This document shows positions 26,581-37,607 of a stretch of DNA of 64,000 nucleotides, piece by piece; positions within the stretch are counted from its first letter, which is position 1; every line of letters starts with the position of its first letter. Source of the stretch: Anolis carolinensis (lineage: Eukaryota); the NCBI RefSeq assembly GCF_035594765.1, contig NC_085845.1, positions 30,064,024 to 30,128,023 on the forward strand, given 5' to 3'. Both the position numbers and the translations under genes were made by a program. A model generated the notes under the pieces. The model did not search any database. It was not told the DNA's origin and saw nothing but the letters and a program-made list of their open reading frames with translations.

Positions 26581-27949
26581 AATTCACAAGTGGGAGTTAT
26601 GATCATGGCAATAGCATTCATAGTATTGTGAAGATTCAGAACAGGATAGGCTATTTCATTAAATCTACTTCATACAAAAATTAAACTGTACTAGTTTGGT
26701 ATTAAAGATTCTGATTACTTCCTCAGGAAAATATTGGAAGGTTTTAAACACTGGGCATTTCCATACAGGGCTTAAACCCACTCCAAATCAATTTAAAGAA
26801 ACCCGCTCTGAAGCAGATTTAAGTCCCCACAGCCTGCACAAAACAACTGGATAAGCAGAAGCCTAAACAGGATAATATTCTCTTGCTGATTCCTAGCATT
26901 TTTGTAACACAGAGACTAGAACACTTGTGGCCTTCCAGATATTTTGAACTCTAACTCCCATCATATACTTATTGATCATACTGAGAGGAGATGATGAGAA
27001 ATGGAGTCAGAAGATGTCTGGGGGAACGGAGGTTTCCCATTCTACCTCTGTTGTGATGTTGTTATACCATTTCTGAATGCAATTGGTTGGGGAATCATAA
27101 AATGATATCAAGGATGAAGGTAATTCAGTTTAATGTCTGAATAAGGATTATGAGCAATGATTATGGATGAATGGAATTATGCACTTTATGTTTTTAATCT
27201 GTTTATTGTCTATGTATTTTTTGTTCAACTGTTTTAAACTGTTTTTAGATGATGGGATATGTTTTATTGTGATGTTTTAAGCAGCACTGAATCTTGCTGG
27301 AGTTGCAAGCCGCCTTAAGTCCCCTACGGGATGAGAAAAGTGGAGTATCAATGAAGCAAATAAATAAATGTTGGAATCTGGATATAATTGAGTTGCTGTG
27401 TGCTTCTGTCCTAGTTTCTTGGGCAATTGCCCCTGTTGCCACATTGACAGGAAGTGAATATGAGGACCCCAGCCCGGCTATTTTACAAACAAGCATCCTC
27501 CCCCCCCCCCCCCGCTAGATTTGTATGGGCCTGCTAATGTCGATGACAATTGTTTTTAAAAAATATTGAAACATGGATTAAAAAGTTCTGCTAACCAAAT
27601 GAAGCACCTGTCCCAGGTAACAGATTCTGAAAACCCATCTATGGGGACCCTATATCCCAAAATCGGGGGCGGGGGGGGGGATCAGCTCTATGGCAGCTGC
27701 AAGTCAGTTAATATACAGTTGACTTGACCTGTGTAAATTAAAGATGCGGGATATTCTTGAGCTTCCCTGAGGTCATCTACATTTTGGGACGAGTTCTGTT
27801 ATGCCACTTCCTATTTAGGAAGTGGATGCAGCTGTTTACACTGCCATTGAAAATGAGTGTCAACAAACATTAACTTTAGCAAAAGGAGTTATCAAGCTTT
27901 CAGTCCAATTCTTAAAGCATTTTGAGTTTATTTCAAGCAGTATTATATT

Positions 27950-28258
27950 ATTAAAACTGCTGAGCTGCTGAACTTGCTAACTGAAAGGTCGACCGTTCAA
28001 ATCCAGGGAGGAGGTGAGCTCCTACTGTTAGCCCCAGCTTCTGCCAACCTAGCAGTTTGAAAACATGCAAATGTGAGTAGATCAATAGGTATTGCTCTGG
28101 CTGGAAGGCAGTGATGCTTCATGCAGTCATGCCAGCCACATGATCTTGCAGGTGTCTAGGGACAACGCTGGCTCTTCGGCCTAGAAATGGAGATGAGCAC
28201 CAACCCTCAGAGTCAGACACGACTAGACTCAATGTCAGGGGAAAACCTTTACCTTTAC
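27950..28258 (+). mobile_element. Sauria SINE
   Basis: B-box, Sauria core and (acctt)n tail. Confidence 0.85.
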
Positions 28259-28321
28259 TATTATTAAATTATTATATCATTATGAATAATATAATTATAT
28301 TGTTATGAAGGTCTGGATATA

Positions 28322-28629
28322 CAGTAGAGTCTCACTTATCCAACATTCTGGATTATCCAACGCATTTTTGTAGTCAATGTTTTCAATGCATTGTGATATT
28401 TTGGTGCTAAATTCGTAAATACAGTAATTACTACATAGCATTAATGTGTAATGAACTACTTTTTCTGTCAAATTTGTTGTATAACATGATGTTTTGGTGC
28501 TTAATTTGTAAACTCATAACCTAATTTGATGTTTAATAGGCTTCTCCTTAATCTCTCCTTATTATCCAACATATTTGCTTATCCAACGTTCTGCCGGCCC
28601 GTTTATGTTGGATAAATGAGACTCTACTG
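28322..28629. mobile_element. Tigger-like MITE
   Basis: TIR cagtagagtctcacttatccaac / gttggataaatgagactctactg; TA TSD. Confidence 0.85.
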
Positions 28630-29056
28630 TACATGCGAAATTTTGACTAAGAAACATCAGTTGCATATAAATGCAATTCTACATGTGTGAAAGTATTCAA
28701 TTGTGGCAAAGTTCTGTTCCAACAGTAATTTTTAAAAAAAATAACACCAAAGAAAACTATTGCTTATAAATTATAAAAACTATTTGTGAGTGGAAAACTA
28801 CTTACTAAAAATTCTTGCTTAAATAATGTTGGGAGTAAATTAAACAGGTCTGTTTGGAATCTTAAAAAAAATAATCAGACATAAGATTTATTAGCATTTT
28901 CCCCTTGAAACTTGAAAATTACAGTCACTGGAAAGATTTTCTGCCTATCCAAAACATATTCTCTCCTCCCCTGTTCCAAGCCTTGGCCATTTGCTCTGGA
29001 AGAGTAACACACAGTATTGCTGAAGATTGGAAAAAGAGCTTAGGGTCAGAGGTCGA

Positions 29057-30014
29057 NNNNNNNNNNNNNNNNNNNNNNNNNNNNNNNNNNNNNNNNNNNN
29101 NNNNNNNNNNNNNNNNNNNNNNNNNNNNNNNNNNNNNNNNNNNNNNNNNNNNNNNNNNNNNNNNNNNNNNNNNNNNNNNNNNNNNNNNNNNNNNNNNNNN
29201 NNNNNNNNATAGCAATATTGGGCAGTCTATGAAAGCCTCTGATGGACAAGAGCAGGGAAGATGGCTCAATTCAGAAGGCCATGACTCAGTTCACTTTAAT
29301 TATAAATTTAGCAAGCATATTCTTCTAATGGAAACAGTGCTATAGACTCCTGGTCAGGCTGCACTGTAAATGAAGACATTTGCACTGTTTATAATTATTA
29401 CAAACAACTACCCTCTTCCATTTGATCTAGAGAATCATCTTTTTCCTTCCACATGGGGATAATTTTGCATCTTTATTAACACTCCATCAGTCTCCCTGGT
29501 CTTTTCCTTTTAGCCTTTGGGTTTATCAAATTTCAAGTCCTTGTTTCCCCCCCGCATTTCCCCCATTTTCTTATTTCCCCCAAACAATGTGAAACAAACA
29601 TTCCCTATTGTTTTAGTTNNNNNNNNNNNNNNNNNNNNNNNNNNNNNNNNNNNNNNNNNNNNNNNNNNNNNNNNNNNNNNNNNNNNNNNNNNNNNNNNNN
29701 NNNNNNNNNNNNNNNNNNNNNNNNNNNNNNNNNNNNNNNNNNNNNNNNNNNNNNNNNNNNNNNNNNNNNNNNNNNNNNNNNNNNNNNNNNNNNNNNNNAA
29801 GATCAGTGTCNNNNNNNNNNNNNNNNNNNNNNNNNNNNNNNNNNNNNNNNNNNNNNNNNNNNNNNNNNNNNNNNNNNNNNNNNNNNNNNNNNNNNNNNNN
29901 NNNNNNNNNNNNNNNNNNNNNNNNNNNNNNNNNNNNNNNNNNNNNNNNNNNNNNNNNNNNNNNNNNNNNNNNNNNNNNNNNNNNNNNNNNNNNNNNNNNN
30001 NNNNNNNNNNNNNN
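29057..30014. other. Three N gaps (29057-29208, 29619-29798, 29811-30014)
   Basis: Runs of N directly visible in the sequence. Confidence 0.95.
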
Positions 30015-30485
30015 ACATGCTTAGTACCATATCACTGCAGCTGTAAGCACTTCTGCACGGCTGCAGACTGTCACACAATTGAGAGCCAGGCAGTCTACTA
30101 GTCTCGTACACTGCAGGCAGTAATATTATATGGCTCTGTAGTTTTGAATTAACATGCCTTAAAATGTAGCTGTATAAAAACGTATGACAAACAGAACAGA
30201 GACTTCTCTATAGAAAGGCTTACTCAAAGGCAATTCCTTTTCTGTAGCAAAAAATCCATTTGATGCTGACACCTGCAGACACAGGCATAAATGTAGTTTG
30301 TGTTTTCTTAATGGTCAAGGATATTTGCAAATTCAGATAAACAAGATACTAGATCCAGCCAAATGTGCTCTTTTAAGTTATTTCTTCATCATTTGCCAAA
30401 AAAAGAAATACTAATGATTTTCCCATTTGTTATGGCAATATATTAAAAAAAATTCCATACTTCATGAGTCTTTCTTTCTCTATAG

Positions 30486-30620
30486 CAGTGGTTCTCAACC
30501 TGTGGGTCCCCAGATGTTTTGGCCTTCAACTCCCAGAAACCCTTACAGCTGGTAAACTGGCTGGGATTTCTGGGAGTTGTAGGCCAAAATACCTGAGGAC
30601 TCATAGGTTGAGAACTACTG
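30486..30620. mobile_element. Palindromic hAT MITE
   Basis: TIR cagtggttctcaacct / aggttgagaactactg; TSD CTCTATAG/CTCTACAG. Relatives at 60776-60910 and ~62500-62620. Confidence 0.85.
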
Positions 30621-33239
30621 CTCTACAGGGTCTTTTTCGTTACCAAGACTCAAGGCTGCTTAATTAGAACAATTATTCCTTGGTACCTTATAGACACATT
30701 TATTGGAAATATCGGTGGGCAAAATATGTTATTACACATTTTTCAAGGTAGGCTTATCAATGGTGTGTGGATTCTGACATATATGTGACTGTAAGAATAC
30801 TAACCATGAAGATGTGTAAAAATTTAACTAAATGCGCAAAGTTCTGATCTTTGGCATGTGATCACTGTTGGAATAATTCTGTATGATGTACATAGAATTG
30901 CATTACTTATTAAGATCAATAATTTTACGGCATGATTAGCCTCTTGAAGAGCTAGATCTCTCATGTATGACTACACTTCTGAGTAATGATAAAGTCACTC
31001 TTTTACTGTGTAGTAACTGCTCTTCTATAAGCATTCAACCATTGTATAAATCCAAGCGTCTGTCTGAACCTCACATCGATATTGTGAAAAAGGTGTGATA
31101 CAAATAAATATATATGAGGAAACATTAAGAGTCTATAGATGTACAGTATATAACACTGAGAACTGGGGACATAGGTGCTAGGAAATTCCCAAGTTCAGAT
31201 TTCATCATTGCTTGGAACACATTAGCCTAGTTCTAATATTTGCATAAAATGTGATGGTCTAAATTGTTTTTTACACACACACACACACACACACAAGCTC
31301 CATCTCCAAACATCCTCACTTACATGGCAGTATCAAAGATAATTATGTTTTGAGAATAAAGGTCTAAAGGAGGAATCTATATCGAAGAATATAAAGCTCC
31401 TGTGTTTGGAATCCTGCCTTACCATGGTTTATTATTGAAGTTTTGTAACTGAGGTTTGATTACACCAGCCCACAGTCTTGTGGCAAATGTGTTGTTTAAG
31501 CAAATGGAAACATACAAGGAGCAATCATTTTCACACCTTGCTGCAATTGCGCAATGCTAATGATTTGGTGATGCAAGTGCCTATGATCAGTTTTCCACCA
31601 AGCCTTTCTTCCTATCCATTCTCATCCTGCCTAATGCATGCACACTATGCTTTTGTTCCATTTTGCCACTATTATGCAATTTCACAGCTTCAGCGTTTGC
31701 TCAAAACCTTCCTCCACTTCGCAATATCAAGACTGCATCAGAAATAAACTATTTCACAAGAAATAATGTGCAATTTCATTGATCGAATGGATACTGGATT
31801 CCATTGGATCAATGAAAAGAGAGGATCCAAGCATGATTAAGCCAACAGATATGATGTTATGCAATAAACCATAAGCAAAGGCACCTTTATTCTGCCACAA
31901 TTGTGCTTTATCAGCCTCATGTAATAAAGTCCTGAGTTCAACTGAACACAGTCACTGATGCTTCCATGTGTGTGAGATATCCAGGAAGCCATATGTGCCT
32001 CCTCATGCCTTTTTAGTTCTTTGCACATGCAATGATCTCTGCCTCAGATTCCTCCTTTGATGCTACTGACCTATCTTTTGAAATTGTTTTAAGGATTACA
32101 AAGACAATGTATTTGAATTGCTTTGAAACACCTACAGTACAATATAAATGCTAAGTATCATTAATGGGATGTGTCATTAACTGGCATTACCTTTATTTGC
32201 ATTATCCTTTATATTATTGATGCAGTCAGGAAGGAACTGAAATACTGCTAGTGCTTAGTTTTAACTAGAAAAAGTCATCCATTAGTAACTAAATATCTAT
32301 GCTGATACTACTTCTCCTTGCAAACCCACTATGTGGGACTCAAGAGGTGGGTCAATAAAAGAAATTTAATCTTTCTGACAACTTCTGACTCCTCTAGATG
32401 CTTGCCAAACATGCTCCTTTATTGTCCAAGAAATCCAGTAACAGTATGAAGTAAAATATAAACTTGCAGGGAGAAATCCTACTGCTAGCCAGACAAAATG
32501 ATCATTTAATACCCATGGACAGCTCGGAAAGAAGTAAAGACCTAAGACAACCATGAAAAAATGAACAGATTAGTCATAGTTCAAGCTATCTGGTGTCTCA
32601 GATATTTACCTTTATTTCAGAGACGATAGGCCTGGTTACAGTTCTTCATGATGCACTTCATTTTGCTGAAGGCTTTTTTTTAAAATGCCGATTTTGTGAA
32701 TGAATAGTGAGGAAATAAAATATTTATGTGATATATAGTAGCATTTCATACTTGTAAAAATAGCAAAGAAGAGAAAACTGACACTAACTCACTTTTTCAA
32801 TGCTTACAATGCTGACCAAAGTTGTAAAGGTTTTTTAATTTAGACACTTCAGTTTACAAATGCAGCACTATCATACTAGGAGCTGAATTTATGTCTGAAT
32901 GATTATTTGAAACCATCATAACAACTACATTTTTTCTGTTGTGACTCATGACAAAGGTCCAAAAGATTGTAGAAGAGTAACAAGGGTAAATTAGTTTGCA
33001 GCTGCAACAAAATCAGAAGAAACCAATCAACTGTCCCAATTTGGCAGGGACAGTCCAAATTAACCATTGGTTGCATCTCTTTTCAACTGCTTTTTAAAAT
33101 GTCCCAATTTTCTCTTTTCTCCTCCTGCTTTTTCATTCATTTTTGGCTGACTTATTTTGCTGCAAACAGAATTCAAAGTGCAAAAGTAGTGTGCACTCAA
33201 TTAAGCCAACAGGAGGGAGATGAGAGGAGAGGTCCACAA

Positions 33240-33522
33240 GACCTGATTCAGAAAATTGCATTGGATAGACCACATCATCTCTAGATTATTAAATATGGAT
33301 TTCTGTGGGCAAGCAGATGGGAACTACTGGATGGTGTTATGTTCTGTATCAGAAACTAGAACTGATGTGGTCTATCCAATGCAATTTTCTGAAACACACC
33401 CCAAATAACCAAACCGAATCTAAAGTTGATCAAAAACTTTGACCAGGGTCTCTTTTAGTCCCTGGTCAAAGTGGTCCTTGGTCAAGTGGTCCCTGGTCAA
33501 ATAAAAAGGTTGAGAACTACTG
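33240..33522. mobile_element. hAT non-autonomous element 3' part with internal perfect 31-bp inverted repeat
   Basis: IR 33247-33277 / 33363-33393; terminal aaaaaggttgagaactactg. Confidence 0.6.
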
Positions 33523-35728
33523 TAAACAAAAGCAAACTGCAGCCTCTCCTAGCTTGTGTGTTCTTCTCATTAAATACTTTTGCCATTCTGCTCACACTCT
33601 GGTGTTGTTTGCCACAGGTGTCCTGGTTTTCATATATGAAATGTCAGATGGTATGCTAGAACTTAGTGCCAAGAAACTAATTGGTTATAATTAAATGATT
33701 CACATATAACTTCCAATTGTTACATAAGGAAGGATAACTTCACTCTTTTTGCAGTCAAATTGCAACTATTTTACTACAAAGTCCTAATTCAAATATGCAC
33801 GGATAGTGAAAGGGTTAGGATCAAGCATAATCTTCCTCTATAGAAAGAAATCCTTCTCTGAACAGAGTTGGAAAAGGAGAACCACCTATACTATACTTTG
33901 GGCACCTTCATCCCACACCATTATAGCACTATTATTCTACTGCTATGGTTCTATTATGGAGAATCCTAGGGTTTGCCTGTTCGGTGAGGCACTGGAGTGT
34001 TTTGGCTCAAAATTCTCAATGCCTTTCCTTAAATGGTTAATCCTAGGTTTCCACAGATTGGAACCATGGCAAGTAAGTTGAAATAATAATGATATAATTC
34101 CACAGTGTTAATGAGCTCCTGGAAAGGAGAAACTAGCCACAGAAAAGTTAGTTCAGTTACAGTGGGGGCCCTCAAAGGTAATCAAATATGGTTATGACTC
34201 TTAACATCCTTTACTCATTTCTAAATCACATTTTATTACAGTGTACATTTCATCTTTAATGTTTGTTTGTTTTTTTGCATAGGATGACAATACCACCTAA
34301 CCCTGTTCAAAATCCTGCACTGAGCAGAGTCAATTTGGAAAAACTTCCATGAAATTTCAAGGAATATTCAACAAATCCAAGCATGAACTTCCAGGTCTTT
34401 TCTTTTTAGCTTCTTTGGAAATTCCGAATTAATAGTCTTTTGTCATGATTTAGCCTCGTTAAGACAGATTGATCTGAAGAAATAATGAGAAGTGAACTAC
34501 TAGCCAGTAATAAGTAGATTTGAGTGAAATACAGTCTAATGCAGCTTTTAGCTAAAGTAACTTATATTGCCAAATTTGACAGTAGCTTGCTTGGCAGAGA
34601 ACAGAAAATCAGATTACCTCTTTCTCTAAAGTGCCCCTCACTTATTTTTATTATTTCTTTAGCTAATGTGTAAACCACATGTACCACTTTTGACTAAAGT
34701 CGCTTTCCGCCTAATATGAAAATCAAAACCTTAGTTGGAGACAAAACATTTTAAGAAGCTGTCACATTACAGAGGTGATGACAGAACAGTCCCTAAAGTC
34801 AAAAGAACATGTGACACATCATACTTAATGTTGTGGTTTCCTTGATTCCTGTCATTTCTTTCATATGTTTCCTTGTTCTGACTCTATATTATTTTTGTTA
34901 TCAAAATAGTACTTGGTAAGCAAGACAAAACAGAAAGGGGATAGATCAGCCTAAACTGTGGGCCAGCCAAGGATGACTTCACTCAATCCACATAGTGACA
35001 TGTATTACAAATTGTACAATATTTCATTTTATGTTGCTATTGATAGGGAGGAGTGCAGTTGTCAGGAACTCCAAGCATTGAATCCAGTGGACTTGGATTT
35101 TGGTTTGGGTGAAAGGAAACCTCTCTAATACTCTTTCAAATAATATTCTAATGGTAACTGTTACTGAGAAACATTACCCCATCCCCACACACCCCAACAA
35201 TGCAATTTCAAAATATTTAATATAATATCAAAACACAATTATATGATTGAAAAACAATGGCTTACAATCTGTTGGTTACTCTTAACTAGGTCTGAAGAGA
35301 TACACTGAAAATCATAGTAGACCCATCATGTTTTTTTTTTGTCATTCCAACTGAGATGCATTTTTCATCATCCTCTTCACTAGTAAATGTGAAAGAAAGA
35401 AAACAGAGTGAACAAAATCCATTAGCATAGATGCAATCCATTAAGCACTTCCTAAAACATTCATATAATGTAGCTTTTCCTAGACAGTCTTAAGCATTTG
35501 AAAAAAAAAAATGGCGCTGAGGACGGCTGTGTAGTGAAACTCCCCAGCCTGTCTTTTAAGTTTTACTTAATGTTTTAAATATCTGTTCTATTGTTTTATT
35601 AACATTTTATCAGCTATTTTTAAACTATACTTTCCAAACCACATCTATGAAACCGGGGAGGAAGAGAAACTAATTAGGCTGTTGATAATCCTTCAGACAA
35701 ACAAAAAGAGACGCGAGGCACAGTTAAA

Positions 35729-37516
35729 ATGCCTAATAGGAAGGAAATGCCTAATAGGAAGAAAAAAGTTGCCTTACCAATTGTTCAGGGCTCTCAAGAT
35801 GATAAGAAGGATTGTAAAAGAAAGAAAACATCTCCAAAGCCAGTAGGTGAATCTATCTTACTAAAACAAAGTTACTTAGAGGACTCTGCAGCTGCACGCC
35901 AAGCTCAAGCCTCAAGGACGCCTGAAGAGACAGCTATCACTTTAACCAACAGATTTGAGCCCTTGAGGGTTGGGGAGCTGACACCACTCCCTGATCAATT
36001 CCACAAGGCTCGTGATATATACCTGAGTCCTGAGAGGGAAGATCTTCAGATTCCTCAGGTTCCCCAGTCTCCTCAAGTTTTCCAGGTTTCTCGGGCCTCA
36101 GTGGATCTCCATGAGGGGACCACAAACAGCCCCGTGCGATTCCTGGATCTGAATGCGATCTTGGATCTACCGAAACCCCTGGAAGAAAATCTGAAGGGGC
36201 CAGACCGCTCAAACTGTTCGGATGATCAGAGACCTGGTCAAGATGGTGGAAGATCAGATTCAAGATTGGTGAGTCTGCTGTTTGCAGAATTCAACCAACT
36301 GGCCGATCAGCTTAATCGGTTTGGGAGATTGCTTTGCCTACTGAACCACCCATCAGCTCAATCCCTAGATTACACACAAGGGAGAACCATATGGAATTCA
36401 TTGGATCCTGACCCTCAGAATGCCAGAGACCTAGCTTGGGCTCAAAACCGGGACCACCCCATGGAGCCTTCTTCAATTCTGCGAAGAGCTTTGCTGGAAA
36501 CTGGAGAGCCATTTGAGAGTCCCATGATGAGCCAGGATGCGCTCTCGATGCCGAAGGGGGAGATTTTAGAGTCAGCTTCCCATGGCTGCTTGTTTGGTGG
36601 TCTATGCCCTCTTGATCTTGGGCCGACCAACCCATGTCCCTGGTCTGGGCAGGGACCCCCTGGGACCACCAGACAGGAAAAGGACTGGCCCTCTCTGCCT
36701 GAAATGGACGCATTGGATGTGACAGAGATCCTTGGACGGGTGCCTGTCTCTCCTTCAGTGCCCCCCTTTTGTGGAAGCCCCCAACGACGTCGCTGCCTCT
36801 CCCTGTCAAAGAGGCAAGCACCAAAGATGGCGGCTGACCTTGGGGACGCCATCGGTGAGCTCATGCCTTCTTCTCCAAACCCCAAAAAGCTTCGGCACAG
36901 GCGTGCGGGTCACACCGACTGGAGACAGAAACGCTGCCATGATATGCGCCGGACTTCTGGTGAGAAGCCAGAACAAATTATTTTTCTAGCAGAGGGAGTT
37001 CCTGGCACTTTGCAGAGTGCTGGATTGGCAGCGGGCCAAGATGGTCTGACCACAGACTCTGGAGAACCTGAAGCCCCAGACATGGACAAATATACAATGA
37101 TGGGAACCGGTAAGCCTCCAAATCGTAGGTCTCAGAGACGTGGCTGTCATCAAAAGAAATTTAAGACTAGAATCTTCTGGGGAGTAGGATTCGGTAACCG
37201 GACAAGACCTGCAACTACTCCCTTCTCCCACAAATTGGCCAATGTTCCACCAAGTGGTTCTAGATCTGTTAATATGGAGAAGGGAGCACGCCCCCAAAAC
37301 ACTAGTACCTGGGATTCGAGTATCAGAACTGTGGACATAAAAGAGAGAGTGACCTCCCGGTGTGGTGGAGTTAAGAACTTATCCCAACACTCTCGAGGGA
37401 ACCTAGACTTGACGTCCCCTAGATCACCCCCCCCCACCCACAATGCTGGCCGGGTGTTCTGGCCTTTACACCTGCCCCTCATTACTTTGAGGGCTCTATT
37501 TATGGCCACTTGGTAA
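35729..37516 (+). CDS. L2 ORF1 protein (595 aa; no domain recognised by eye)
   Basis: Long ORF directly upstream of ORF2; NRFxxL motif common in CR1/L2 ORF1. Confidence 0.75.
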   Translation: MPNRKEMPNRKKKVALPIVQGSQDDKKDCKRKKTSPKPVGESILLKQSYLEDSAAARQAQASRTPEETAITLTNRFEPLRVGELTPLPDQFHKARDIYLSPEREDLQIPQVPQSPQVFQVSRASVDLHEGTTNSPVRFLDLNAILDLPKPLEENLKGPDRSNCSDDQRPGQDGGRSDSRLVSLLFAEFNQLADQLNRFGRLLCLLNHPSAQSLDYTQGRTIWNSLDPDPQNARDLAWAQNRDHPMEPSSILRRALLETGEPFESPMMSQDALSMPKGEILESASHGCLFGGLCPLDLGPTNPCPWSGQGPPGTTRQEKDWPSLPEMDALDVTEILGRVPVSPSVPPFCGSPQRRRCLSLSKRQAPKMAADLGDAIGELMPSSPNPKKLRHRRAGHTDWRQKRCHDMRRTSGEKPEQIIFLAEGVPGTLQSAGLAAGQDGLTTDSGEPEAPDMDKYTMMGTGKPPNRRSQRRGCHQKKFKTRIFWGVGFGNRTRPATTPFSHKLANVPPSGSRSVNMEKGARPQNTSTWDSSIRTVDIKERVTSRCGGVKNLSQHSRGNLDLTSPRSPPPTHNAGRVFWPLHLPLITLRALFMATW

Positions 37517-37607
37517 TTGGCCATGCCCCACCTCCTTTTCAGGGGGCCAGTCGAACATTGGGCACCTAGTTTCTGCTGTAGAGCCCCCAAGAGAAGTAGG
37601 TCTGTGT

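Noticed and set aside
28905-30111. ORFs spanning the N runs
   Set aside because: Artefacts of X codons that cannot contain stops.
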